A stretch of DNA of 64,000 bases from a virus, in IMG/VR virus record IMGVR_UViG_3300024255_001088; one strand, written 5' to 3'. The first letter of the stretch is position 1. Every line of letters begins with the position of its first letter. Below the pieces are notes generated by a model that searched no databases, was not told the origin of the DNA, and worked only from the letters and a program-made list of their open reading frames with translations. The position numbers and the translations under genes are program-made. This document shows positions 35,638 to 45,358 of this stretch, piece after piece.

Positions 35638-38145
35638 ATGGATTTTTACACAAATGTATGTCGCACTCGTGACAAAATATTAGCGATTGGTTATCAGAAC
35701 GGAAAGAAACAAAAACTTTCCGTATCTTATCGTCCAAATCATTTCATTCCCTCAAAGAAAAGCGCTACGCCTTACAAGGCACTTGACGGCAGACCACTAG
35801 ATGTAGTCAACTTAGACTCAATGGGTGGTGCAAGAAAGTTCAAAGAAAAGTATCAAGGCATAGACGGTTTCGAAGTTCATGGTTACGATAGATATGTATA
35901 CACTTACATATCAGATAAGTTTCCTGGCAAGATAGACTTTGATGCAAGTGCAATCAAAATTGCCACACTTGATATTGAGTGTGAATCAGAAAATGGTTTT
36001 CCAGAACCAGGCGAAGCAATAGAAAAGGTCAACGCAATCTCAATCAAACCATTCGGTAAGTCTTGTGTTGTATTTGGTCTAGGTGAATGGGAAACAGAAT
36101 CAGATGTAATTTATGTCAACTGTAAGAACGAAGCACAACTACTAACAGAGTTTATCAAGTATTGGCGCCAAGAGTGGTTCGACATCATTACTGGTTGGAA
36201 TGTAGATGCATTTGACATGACTTATCTTTGCAATCGTATTGATAGATTGTTCGGTGAAGATGCACACAAAAAATTATCACCATGGAATATGTCTTCTAGT
36301 AGAGAGTTTTTACAGAATGGTTATCAGAAGACTCAGATATTTGACCTCTATGGCGTCAACATCGTAGACTACTTAGAACTATATCGTAGGTCTACTTTTC
36401 ATAACCAAGAGTCATACAAACTAGATTACATCGCTCACTTTGAATTGGGTAAGAAGAAACTAGATTATTCAGAGTATGGTTCATTACATACCTTATACAA
36501 AAACAATTATGCAAAGTACTTAGAGTATAATGTTAAAGATGTTGTTCTCGTAGAAGAACTAGAAGACAAACTAGGTTTCTTAGACTTGACACAGGCAATG
36601 GCATATGATGCCAAGTGTAATTACATTGACACATTCGGCATGGTCAAGTATTGGGAAACAATCATCTACAACTTCTTAAAAGAACAAGGAGTTCAAACGC
36701 CACCTCAAAAACGAAATGAGAACAAGACGAATCAGATTGCAGGTGCCTATGTTAAAGAACCAATCACTGGTGGTCATAATTGGGTTATGTCATTTGACTT
36801 GAACTCTCTATATCCTCATTTGATTATGCAGTGGAATATTTCACCAGAGAAAATGATTAAGGGTCATAGACAAGATACGAATGTAGAATTGATGTTGCAC
36901 AAGAAAGTAGACTTATCTATTGCTAAGAAGATGAACGCTACAGTCGCACCCAATGGTGTAATGTTCACACGAGATAAACAAGGTTTCTTTCCTGAGATTA
37001 TGGAAGTCATGTACGATGAGCGTAAGGCATGGAAGAAAAAGATGATTGAGTATCAGAAAGTTAAAGAGAAGACTTCTGACCCTAAAGAGATTAAGAAACT
37101 AGATACTCTTATTAAGAGGGCATACAACAACCAACAAGTAAGAAAGATTGCACTTAACTCAGCATATGGTTCTATGGCAAATCAGTGGTTTGCTTTCTTT
37201 GACCCAAATCTTGCAGAGGCAATTACTTATTCTGGTCAGTTAGTTATCAAATGGTCAGAGAAGATAGTCAACGAATATCTAAACAAGATACTTAAAACAG
37301 ACAATGAAGATTATGTCATTGCAATGGATACTGATTCAATTTATCTCACAATGGATAAATTTGTAGAAACAGTTATGCCTGGCGAAACAGACAAAGACAA
37401 GATATGTGATTTCTTATCTAAGGCAGAGTCTAAGATAGAAGATGTACTTGATGCAGGTTTCGAAGACCTTGCAGATTACACCAATGCATATCAACAGAAA
37501 ATGGAAATGGGTCGTGAAGTAATTGCAGACAAAGGTATCTGGACTGCAAAGAAAAGATATATTCTAAATGTATTTGACAATGAGGGTGTTAGACTAGAAA
37601 CACCAAAACTCAAACTCATGGGTATTGAGACTGCAAAGTCATCAACGCCTTTGTGGGTAAGACGAAGATTAGAAGATGCAATTAAGATTGTGATGCGAGG
37701 TGATGAACAGCAACTATGGGACTTTGTAGAAACTGCAAGAAAAGAATTCAGAGAATTACCTCCAGAAGATGTTGCATTCCCTAGAGGATGCAAAGGTATG
37801 ATTCAGTATGCAGACCCTACTCACATCTATGGCAAGGGTACACCAATTCATGTCAGAGGTTCATTACTATTCAATCATAGACTTAAAGAAATGAATCTAC
37901 TGAAGAGATATGAACCTATTCAAAACGGTGAGAAGATTCACTTTACATATCTCACTATGCCTAACCCTATCAATGAGAATGTGATATCATTTACAAACTC
38001 ATTGCCAAAAGAATTTGATTTACATAGATTTGTAGATTATGATTTGCAGTTTGATAAATCATTTATCGAACCATTACGAAATATTATAGGACATATCAAC
38101 TGGAATGTAGAACCAGTTGCTAGTTTAGACTCCTTTTTTGGATAA
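35638..38145 (+). CDS. gp43: Family B DNA polymerase gp43
   Basis: DIE exonuclease, SFDLNSLYP, K...NSAYG, MDTDS, KKRY; promoter TTGACA-N17-TATACT 6 nt upstream. Confidence 0.97.
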   Translation: MDFYTNVCRTRDKILAIGYQNGKKQKLSVSYRPNHFIPSKKSATPYKALDGRPLDVVNLDSMGGARKFKEKYQGIDGFEVHGYDRYVYTYISDKFPGKIDFDASAIKIATLDIECESENGFPEPGEAIEKVNAISIKPFGKSCVVFGLGEWETESDVIYVNCKNEAQLLTEFIKYWRQEWFDIITGWNVDAFDMTYLCNRIDRLFGEDAHKKLSPWNMSSSREFLQNGYQKTQIFDLYGVNIVDYLELYRRSTFHNQESYKLDYIAHFELGKKKLDYSEYGSLHTLYKNNYAKYLEYNVKDVVLVEELEDKLGFLDLTQAMAYDAKCNYIDTFGMVKYWETIIYNFLKEQGVQTPPQKRNENKTNQIAGAYVKEPITGGHNWVMSFDLNSLYPHLIMQWNISPEKMIKGHRQDTNVELMLHKKVDLSIAKKMNATVAPNGVMFTRDKQGFFPEIMEVMYDERKAWKKKMIEYQKVKEKTSDPKEIKKLDTLIKRAYNNQQVRKIALNSAYGSMANQWFAFFDPNLAEAITYSGQLVIKWSEKIVNEYLNKILKTDNEDYVIAMDTDSIYLTMDKFVETVMPGETDKDKICDFLSKAESKIEDVLDAGFEDLADYTNAYQQKMEMGREVIADKGIWTAKKRYILNVFDNEGVRLETPKLKLMGIETAKSSTPLWVRRRLEDAIKIVMRGDEQQLWDFVETARKEFRELPPEDVAFPRGCKGMIQYADPTHIYGKGTPIHVRGSLLFNHRLKEMNLLKRYEPIQNGEKIHFTYLTMPNPINENVISFTNSLPKEFDLHRFVDYDLQFDKSFIEPLRNIIGHINWNVEPVASLDSFFG

Positions 38146-38153
38146 ATAACTCT

Positions 38154-38576
38154 ATGGCATACTCAAAAAAAGTAGTCGATAGATTCGAAGAAGTCTTAAA
38201 CAATCCATCAAAACATGGAGTCGGAAGATTCGACCCAAATGACCCAAATGTAGTTACCGGTTTAGCTGGTGCACCTGCATGTGGTGATGTAATGAAATTA
38301 GATTTGAAAGTAAATCCTGATACTGAAGTTATTGAAGATGTTAAATTTAAAACATATGGGTGTGGTTCTGCTATTGCAAGTTCATCTTTATTCGTAGAAC
38401 TCTTAATGGGTAAAACCATGACTGAGGCACAACTGATTAAAGATAAAGAAATTGCAGATGCATTAGAACTACCGCCAATCAAATTGCATTGTTCTGTTCT
38501 TGCAGAAGATTCTATAAGAAAAGCACTAAACGATTGGGCAGAAAAAACTGCACATAGAAAACATAATCAGGAATAA
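38154..38576 (+). CDS. iscU: Fe-S cluster scaffold IscU
   Basis: GAPACGDVMKL, FKTYGCGSAIASSS, LELPPIKLHCSVLAED. Confidence 0.95.
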   Translation: MAYSKKVVDRFEEVLNNPSKHGVGRFDPNDPNVVTGLAGAPACGDVMKLDLKVNPDTEVIEDVKFKTYGCGSAIASSSLFVELLMGKTMTEAQLIKDKEIADALELPPIKLHCSVLAEDSIRKALNDWAEKTAHRKHNQE

Positions 38577-38579
38577 AAA

Positions 38580-39020
38580 ATGTATAGATATAAAGTAAAC
38601 ATAGTAAAGGTAGTCGATGGTGATACAGTAGATGTAGATATTGATTTAGGATTTGGCATGGTGTATAAAAAACAGAGAGTAAGACTGTTAGGCATTGATA
38701 CTCCTGAAAGCCGAACAAGAGACTTAGTAGAAAAGAAATTTGGTAAGGCATCTAAAAAACATCTTAAAACAATTTTAGAAGAAGCAGAGTCAATTGAACT
38801 AGTATCACATGATAAAGGTAAGTTTGGAAGAATCTTAGGAGATTTATTCATTGGTTCAAATGAAACATCTGTAAATCAACAGATGATAAATGACCACCAT
38901 GCAGTCGCATATACAGGTGGCAATAAAGAAGAAACTGAAGCTGGTCACATGGCAAACAGAGAAGTATTACTAGAACAAGGTGTTGTAGTTTTAGAGACAC
39001 AATCAGAGTTAGAACTATGA
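38580..39020 (+). CDS. Thermonuclease (SNase-like)
   Basis: KVVDGDTVDVDIDLGF, RVRLLGIDTPE, GKFGRILG. Confidence 0.9.
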   Translation: MYRYKVNIVKVVDGDTVDVDIDLGFGMVYKKQRVRLLGIDTPESRTRDLVEKKFGKASKKHLKTILEEAESIELVSHDKGKFGRILGDLFIGSNETSVNQQMINDHHAVAYTGGNKEETEAGHMANREVLLEQGVVVLETQSELEL

Positions 39021-39193
39021 CAATCCATGAAATGGATATATTTTACATGATTATGATTGCAATCATATTTGGTTTTATAATTCATTTAGAAACTCAATGT
39101 AAAATGATACTAGAAATTTTAGAACAACAATCTAAATACCAAAGTTGTCGTGAAGACTTTCCAGAATTAGAAGAAAACCTACTAGACAAATAA
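39017..39193 (+). CDS. Small membrane protein (58 aa, not in ORF track)
   Basis: ATGA coupling; N-terminal hydrophobic helix. Confidence 0.55.
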   Translation: MTIHEMDIFYMIMIAIIFGFIIHLETQCKMILEILEQQSKYQSCREDFPELEENLLDK

Positions 39194-39244
39194 CACATCT
39201 TCTAGTATACTAGATTAGTATATTACATATTATGGAGAAGTGAA

Positions 39245-40300
39245 ATGTCATTTATAAAAGATTTAGTCAAAGCATCAGGCAATGAATACGCAGGAGTAGT
39301 TTCCGATGGCGTCAATGCTGGTGATGTAGATTCATTCGTAGATAGTGGGTCGTACATATTTAATGCTTTGCTGAGTGGGTCACTATATGGTGGTCTACCC
39401 AAAAACAAAATCACCGCAATCGCTGGTGAATCAGCAACAGGTAAAACTTTCTTTGCATTGGGAATGGTAAAACAATTCCTTGCAGATAATCCTGAATCTG
39501 CTGTTATCTACTTTGAGTCAGAGTCCGCAATCAGTAAAGCAATGATTGAAGAAAGGGGCATAGACTCAGATAGAATTGTTATCGTGCCTGTGGTAACAGT
39601 ACAAGAATTCAGAAATCAGGCAATCAATATTCTCGACAAGTACTTAGAGACACCAAAGGATGAAAGACCTCCGATGATGTTTTGTTTAGACTCACTTGGT
39701 ATGTTATCAACTACCAAAGAGATACAAGATACTGCTGACGGAAAAGAAACCAAAGACATGACTCGTGCCCAAATTACTAAGGGTGCATTTAGAGTATTAA
39801 CTTTAAAACTAGGTCGTGCAGGTGTTCCAATGATTGTGACTAATCATACATATGATGTGATTGGTTCTATGTTTCCTCAGAAAGAAATGGGTGGGGGTAG
39901 TGGTCTCAAGTATGCCGCTAGTTCAATCATTTATCTTTCAAAAAGAAAAGAAAAAGAGGGTACAGAAATCATTGGAAATATTATACACTGTAAGAACGCC
40001 AAATCAAGATTGACTGTAGAAAATAGAATGGTCGATGTAAGATTAACATATGACTCAGGCTTAGATAGATACTATGGTCTGCTAGACATGGCACTTGCAA
40101 GTGGTGTATTCCAGAAGTCAAGTACAAGGGTGTTATTACCAAATGGCAAAACAGAATTTGGTAAAACAATTAACAACAATCCCGAAAAGTATTTCACTCC
40201 AGATGTAATGGAGAGATTAGAAAAAGTCGCAAACAATTATTTTAAGTATGGAAGCAATGAGAATAGAACAGACAATCCTGAAGAACCTGATTCAGAGTGA
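39245..40300 (+). CDS. uvsX: Recombinase UvsX
   Basis: [34 protein letters not shown]. Confidence 0.95.
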   Translation: MSFIKDLVKASGNEYAGVVSDGVNAGDVDSFVDSGSYIFNALLSGSLYGGLPKNKITAIAGESATGKTFFALGMVKQFLADNPESAVIYFESESAISKAMIEERGIDSDRIVIVPVVTVQEFRNQAINILDKYLETPKDERPPMMFCLDSLGMLSTTKEIQDTADGKETKDMTRAQITKGAFRVLTLKLGRAGVPMIVTNHTYDVIGSMFPQKEMGGGSGLKYAASSIIYLSKRKEKEGTEIIGNIIHCKNAKSRLTVENRMVDVRLTYDSGLDRYYGLLDMALASGVFQKSSTRVLLPNGKTEFGKTINNNPEKYFTPDVMERLEKVANNYFKYGSNENRTDNPEEPDSE

Positions 40301-41636
40301 ACAGTTTACACGAAAAGTAATTCCTTTTCTTAAACCTGAGTACTTTGCCGATTCATCTGAGCAGTTGGTGTATGACGAGATAAAATCTTATTTCGAAAAA
40401 TACACCAAGAGCCCAACACTCGAAGCACTTCTCATAAACCTAGACAATGATACATCTCATTCAGAGAATATCATTACAGGTTGTAAAGAGTTGTTGGGCT
40501 CAATGCCAGAAGAAGAGACACCAATAGATTGGTTAGTAGATGAAACAGAGAAGTGGTGCAAAGATAGAGCAATCTATATTGCAGTCATGGATTCAATCGA
40601 AGTCATTGATAAGAAGTCGCAAAGGTCTACAGGTGAGATACCAGAACTATTGAAAGATGCATTGTCAGTATCATTTGACCAACACATTGGTCATGATGTA
40701 TTAGAAGATGCAGAAGAGAGGTGGGAGTTCTACAATACAGAAGAAGAGAAACTTCCGTTTGACTTAGAATACTTCAACAAGATTACCAAAGGTGGTTTAC
40801 CCAATAAGACATTAAACATTTGTCTCGCAGGTACTGGTGTTGGTAAATCTTTATTCATGTGTCACATGGCTGCAAGTGCATTGATGATGAACAAGAATGT
40901 ACTTTATATTACACTTGAAATGTCAGAAGAAAGAATTGCAGAGAGAATCGATGCAAACATCATGAATGTTCCTATGCAAGATTTACCAGAGATGTCTAAG
41001 AAAGAGTATGGCAAGAAGATTGGCAGACTCAAATCTAAGACTCAAGGTAGACTTATCGTAAAAGAATATCCTACTGCATCTGCTCATGCAGGTCACTTCA
41101 GACATCTATTACAAGAACTTGAAATCAAGAAAGACTTTAAACCAGATATCATATTCATTGACTATCTAAACATATGTGCATCTCAGAGAATTAGACCAGG
41201 TGCTGGTGCAAACTCTTATACATTAGTTAAGAGTATTGCAGAAGAACTTAGGGGTGTTGCAGTTGAATACGATGTGCCTATCATGAGTGCAACTCAAACT
41301 ACAAGAAGTGGTTTTGGTTCTACAGATGTTGGTCTAGAAGATACATCTGAATCATTTGGGTTACCTGCAACCGCTGACTTAATGTTTGCACTGATTACAT
41401 CTGAAGAACTAGAAGAGTTAGACCAACTCGTAGTGAAACAGTTGAAGAACAGATACAATGACCCAACAATCTTTAAGAGATTTGTTATTGGTGTCGATAG
41501 GGCAAGAATGAAACTCTATGATGTAGAACAAGAAGCACAAGAAGAATTAGTAGATGGCGAAATGTTAATCGATGATAGTATACCTGTCGCTGATAGGGCA
41601 AGACCTTCAACCAAGTTCAACGATTTTAATATGTAA
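40248..41636 (+). CDS. gp41: Replicative helicase gp41
   Basis: [48 protein letters not shown]. Confidence 0.96.
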   Translation: MEAMRIEQTILKNLIQSEQFTRKVIPFLKPEYFADSSEQLVYDEIKSYFEKYTKSPTLEALLINLDNDTSHSENIITGCKELLGSMPEEETPIDWLVDETEKWCKDRAIYIAVMDSIEVIDKKSQRSTGEIPELLKDALSVSFDQHIGHDVLEDAEERWEFYNTEEEKLPFDLEYFNKITKGGLPNKTLNICLAGTGVGKSLFMCHMAASALMMNKNVLYITLEMSEERIAERIDANIMNVPMQDLPEMSKKEYGKKIGRLKSKTQGRLIVKEYPTASAHAGHFRHLLQELEIKKDFKPDIIFIDYLNICASQRIRPGAGANSYTLVKSIAEELRGVAVEYDVPIMSATQTTRSGFGSTDVGLEDTSESFGLPATADLMFALITSEELEELDQLVVKQLKNRYNDPTIFKRFVIGVDRARMKLYDVEQEAQEELVDGEMLIDDSIPVADRARPSTKFNDFNM

Positions 41637-41638
41637 TT

Positions 41639-42919
41639 ATGGAACCATTTGTACAAAAACAATTTGATGAATATCAGGCCAATAGGGTCGAGAAAGACAT
41701 CGTATCAAAAGAAGAACTCAGAGAACTACTGATAAAAGATTTATCATTCGTATCTAAAATGGGTGTAGCAGAATACACCTTATATCAGAAGTACCAAGAG
41801 ATACACATGAAGTATCCGACACAAACAGTTTCTACATTGTTTGGCGAAGAGACTAACTTTGTTAATGAAGACCACTTAAAACTTATCAATGAGACTAAGA
41901 ACAACATATGGTTTCCTAATTCATACGAAGACTTTGAGAAACTAGAACCAGAACTGATTTATACAGACTCGAACAAAGATAGACAGTCTGCTGGTACTCT
42001 TACAGAGAAATGGAATTGTCTTAGAACAATGACACACTCACAAAAGAACTCATCAAACATAGGTAGAAATCTACATTACATTGTTAGAGACAAAGTGACC
42101 GAGAAGTATCTTGGTGTTATCTGTATTACAGGTGACTTTATTGACTTAACACCTAGAGATGATTACATTGGGTGGGAAAGAATATACAAAACGAATAGTG
42201 GTAAACTAAACAACAGCGCCATAGGTTCAAGTATTCTACCAACACAACCACTAGGGTTCAATTACACTGGTGGTAAACTCATGGCATTGTTATGTACTGC
42301 CGATGTGATACAGAAACAATGGGAAGAAAACTACGGAGATAAACTAGTCGGTATGACTACTACATCTCTCTATGGTAAATCTAAGACAGGTGGGTTATCA
42401 CAATACGACAGACTCAAACATTGGAAGAAAATGGGATACAGTCAAGGTTCATTATCATTTGAAATGACCAAAGAGACTGAAAGAAAGATGCTAGACTATG
42501 CAGAACACCATTTCAATGAGAGATACTTCTTATTGTATGTCGCAAAGAGAGAAAGTGGTCAGACTCTTAAGAGAGACCATAGAAATCGTATGAGACAATT
42601 CATGTACTCGCAACTTAAGATACCAAAAGAGTTGCAGAAGTCAGACCATCAAAGAGGTATCTACTATTCTTGTTTCTATGAAAACACTAGAGAATTTCTT
42701 AGAGGTGAGATAGAACAAGACCAATTGATAAGAAACAACAATGATGGTTCAGTCGAAACACTTACTCAGTTATGGAAAGATAAGTATGCGGCTAAACGAA
42801 TAAATAACCTCATGAACGCAGAGAGACAAAACTTAACAGAAACATTATTCTATGATGATATTGTATCTATGTCATGGGATGAATGTAAACACAAATACTT
42901 AGGGGCAGTAGGAAGATGA
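41639..42919 (+). CDS. DUF4338/DruA-like protein (paralogue 2)
   Basis: IGRNL.YIV.D.....YLGVI....D..DL.PRD.YIGW, PTQPLGFNYTGGKL.ALLC, TTTSLYG. Confidence 0.75.
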   Translation: MEPFVQKQFDEYQANRVEKDIVSKEELRELLIKDLSFVSKMGVAEYTLYQKYQEIHMKYPTQTVSTLFGEETNFVNEDHLKLINETKNNIWFPNSYEDFEKLEPELIYTDSNKDRQSAGTLTEKWNCLRTMTHSQKNSSNIGRNLHYIVRDKVTEKYLGVICITGDFIDLTPRDDYIGWERIYKTNSGKLNNSAIGSSILPTQPLGFNYTGGKLMALLCTADVIQKQWEENYGDKLVGMTTTSLYGKSKTGGLSQYDRLKHWKKMGYSQGSLSFEMTKETERKMLDYAEHHFNERYFLLYVAKRESGQTLKRDHRNRMRQFMYSQLKIPKELQKSDHQRGIYYSCFYENTREFLRGEIEQDQLIRNNNDGSVETLTQLWKDKYAAKRINNLMNAERQNLTETLFYDDIVSMSWDECKHKYLGAVGR

Positions 42920-43131
42920 ACATTATAGATATGATACCAGTGACAGCAAAGAAACAAGTTAAGGTCGATAGAGATACCTACAGAGAGTTTACAGAGGCAG
43001 TTGATAGATTGGCATCACAAGGTGTTGAATTGCCACACTCAGTAGAATTTTTAAGAGAGACCGATGAATTTAAGATTGAACTCTTAGATGCAAATAACAT
43101 TGACTTAGAACATTTAGACACGCTACTGTAG
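42916..43131 (+). CDS. Small hypothetical protein
   Basis: ATGA coupling; stop lies inside tRNA-Thr. Confidence 0.65.
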   Translation: MNIIDMIPVTAKKQVKVDRDTYREFTEAVDRLASQGVELPHSVEFLRETDEFKIELLDANNIDLEHLDTLL

Positions 43132-43197
43132 CTCACTCGGTAGAGCAGCTGATTTGTAATCAGCAGGTAGTCAGTTCGATTCTGACCAGTAGCTCCA
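43122..43197 (+). tRNA. tRNA-Thr(TGT)
   Basis: Canonical cloverleaf GCTACTG/CAGTAGC, anticodon TGT, TTCGATT, encoded CCA. Confidence 0.93.
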
Positions 43198-43210
43198 ATT
43201 AGGATATATT

Positions 43211-43720
43211 ATGAAATATGAAATTGATTTTATGCGACCAGAATATGCAGAAGGTTGTCATAGAGTACAACATTCAGGCATACATCATCACCATGCAGAA
43301 CTATGGCACCTAGAGGCATGGAAATGGATTGGGATAAACATGAGAGATGCTTGGGTAATCAAACACGAGAACGAAGTGATTGGTTATTTTGCAGGTATGG
43401 TGCAACTCGTAAATGAACCTGAAGACGAACATTACGGTGAAGGATTGGGTTACTTCGGTGCAGACATCTGTTTAGATATGGATCCTGAACGAAAGTATCC
43501 TGATGCTATGAATCAATTGTTCGCTCATATATGTGACATTCATCCTTACATAACTGGTTATTGTTCAGAGACTAATCAGGCACTAATAAATTTCACCGAC
43601 AAATGGGGTTTCGACAGGTGGAAAACTAATCCAGATAGTAATCTTCTTTACTGTCGCAACTTCACTGATAACCCCAAATCACAAGCTCTGAGAGATAAAC
43701 ATAGAATCGATTACACCTAG
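43211..43720 (+). CDS. Hypothetical protein, possible GNAT fold
   Basis: WVI....EVIGYF, and N.ALINF..KWGF typical of a GNAT C-terminus. Confidence 0.55.
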   Translation: MKYEIDFMRPEYAEGCHRVQHSGIHHHHAELWHLEAWKWIGINMRDAWVIKHENEVIGYFAGMVQLVNEPEDEHYGEGLGYFGADICLDMDPERKYPDAMNQLFAHICDIHPYITGYCSETNQALINFTDKWGFDRWKTNPDSNLLYCRNFTDNPKSQALRDKHRIDYT

Positions 43721-43753
43721 GGGTTGACAGCAGGCCTTACTTTTTAGTATCCT
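43719..43753 (+). promoter_or_regulatory. Repeated early promoter, copy 4
   Basis: GGGG-TTGACA-GCAGGCCTTACTTTTTAG-TATCCT. Confidence 0.75.
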
Positions 43754-43759
43754 TATTCC

Positions 43760-43978
43760 ATGATGAAGAAAGGAGATAATATGAGTAATCAAGTTAATGA
43801 TAATATCAAAGAAGATATTATGGAAAACATCTTAGAGATGGCAGATAAAGATATCTGGAATGTAATCTTTGCAATAGAGAAAGAATTCGGTATTCAAAAT
43901 GTACCAAGTCCAGTGGGTGGTGAACATGGGTTTATCGCAAAACTGTTCGAACTTAGATTCGAGGAGGCATGTCAATGA
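43760..43978 (+). CDS. Early hypothetical protein
   Basis: Behind a repeated promoter; internal SD AAGGAG suggests an alternative start at MSNQ. Confidence 0.7.
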   Translation: MMKKGDNMSNQVNDNIKEDIMENILEMADKDIWNVIFAIEKEFGIQNVPSPVGGEHGFIAKLFELRFEEACQ

Positions 43979-44280
43979 GTTTGTTTAACGATTACATAGA
44001 AGAGGGTTTAGATACCTGCAAATTTGTTAAAGACGGTATGGAATATACTGCAATCATCGACAAGGTTAGTGATAATTCTTTACTAGTCAAACCAATTCAA
44101 AAGACTAACTGGAAAGATGTTTTTCAGAACAATCTACAAAATACATTTGAACACATGATACTACACATCAAAGAGTTTGATGAGATTAAACTCGAACTCT
44201 GGATGGATGGTAGGGGTTGCGATAACTCCGCTATAGGTGTTTCAGGTTGTTATGAACCTTACACATGTTTAACATGGTAG
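43969..44280 (+). CDS. Early hypothetical protein
   Basis: SD GGAGG; overlapping start. Confidence 0.7.
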   Translation: MSMSLFNDYIEEGLDTCKFVKDGMEYTAIIDKVSDNSLLVKPIQKTNWKDVFQNNLQNTFEHMILHIKEFDEIKLELWMDGRGCDNSAIGVSGCYEPYTCLTW

Positions 44281-44312
44281 GGTTGACAATGACCTTCACT
44301 TTTTAGTATACT
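44279..44312 (+). promoter_or_regulatory. Repeated early promoter, copy 5
   Basis: AGGG-TTGACA-ATGACCTTCACTTTTTAG-TATACT. Confidence 0.8.
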
Positions 44313-44340
44313 AGTAGAGTAATAAAGAAAAGGAGATATT

Positions 44341-44697
44341 ATGAGAAACCAATATGTAATAACCACCCAAAATGTCGAAGAGTACGGCACTAACTTCCAT
44401 AAGTTTAAGGGAGGTTCTGATTATGTTATTGGGTTCGATGTCGAAACCCTTGTGTACGAGGAGAACGCATATGGTGAGGGTGAACACTCTTACTACCATT
44501 CACCTAGTTTGACTGAGGCAAGTGCAGCTGCACTGGTCATGAAACATGTCAACAGATACAATGGACTAAGTGGTTCATTTGACTACATCACTTCAATCGA
44601 AGTTGTAGATAGTCCTTTTGATACACCAGACCATCCTACATGGCAGGGTGATATCTCAGAGTTAATAGGGGAGTTAGAATTACATGAAGTATCTTAA
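44341..44697 (+). CDS. Early hypothetical protein
   Basis: SD AGGAG; VITTQ..E.YG....KFKGG.DY. Confidence 0.75.
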   Translation: MRNQYVITTQNVEEYGTNFHKFKGGSDYVIGFDVETLVYEENAYGEGEHSYYHSPSLTEASAAALVMKHVNRYNGLSGSFDYITSIEVVDSPFDTPDHPTWQGDISELIGELELHEVS

Positions 44698-44878
44698 AGA
44701 GATTACTGATTGGTCAGACGCCAAATGTCCTGTACCAAATCACACCTACATTGTTAATGATGCACTGCATCTCGTAGGTTATATCAAGACTGGAACTAAA
44801 GAAGAGATAATCTTTAAGTCTCCAATGAAACAGTTTAGTAAATCTAGGAGGAAGTTTGTTGACCTTAAAAGGGGTTGA
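44684..44878 (+). CDS. Early hypothetical protein
   Basis: EITDW...VPNHTY...GYI...FSKSRRKF. Confidence 0.7.
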   Translation: MKYLKEITDWSDAKCPVPNHTYIVNDALHLVGYIKTGTKEEIIFKSPMKQFSKSRRKFVDLKRG

Positions 44879-44904
44879 CGGTGACCTTCATTTAATGCAA
44901 TAAT
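44870..44904 (+). promoter_or_regulatory. Repeated early promoter, copy 6 (degenerate)
   Basis: GGGG-TTGACG-GTGACCTTCATTTAATGC-AATAAT. Confidence 0.65.
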
Positions 44905-44910
44905 GGACAC

Positions 44911-45357
44911 ATGATAAAGAAACAAACAATAATTTTCGATGTTGACGGCACTATCGCTGATGTCGAACATAGAAGGCATTTTGTCAATGGTAATAACGAT
45001 TGGCAGTCTTTTAGAACAGAAACAGTAAACGATACTCCAGTTCAGTGGGTATGTGACATTGCAAAGAGATTCATTGCACAAGGTGACCAAGTTGCCTTCT
45101 TTAGTGCAAGAAATGAGTCAGAGAGGGAGATTACAGAGAAACAAATTGCAGAATGGATTGGTGACAATCACCAAGGTTTGTTCTTAAGACCAGATGGCGA
45201 TTTCAGAAAAGATGATGAATTCAAATCTGAACTTGCAGATAAGTTTGAAGAATTGGGTGGCAAGATTGATTTAGTCTTTGACGACAGAAATCAAGTTGTC
45301 GAAATGTGGAGAAAAAGAGGCACTACATGTGTCCAAGTTGCAGAAGGAGATTTTTAA
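44911..45357 (+). CDS. HAD phosphatase, PseT/Pnk 3'-phosphatase-like (no kinase domain)
   Basis: IFDVDGT, SAR, R..GD.RKD..FK, FDDRNQVV.MWR..G..C.QV..GDF. Confidence 0.88.
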   Translation: MIKKQTIIFDVDGTIADVEHRRHFVNGNNDWQSFRTETVNDTPVQWVCDIAKRFIAQGDQVAFFSARNESEREITEKQIAEWIGDNHQGLFLRPDGDFRKDDEFKSELADKFEELGGKIDLVFDDRNQVVEMWRKRGTTCVQVAEGDF

Positions 45358-45358
45358 T

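Noticed and set aside
31671-42919. Complete Druantia defence system
   Set aside because: No DruE helicase or other Dru genes; the two DruA-like genes sit separately among replication genes.
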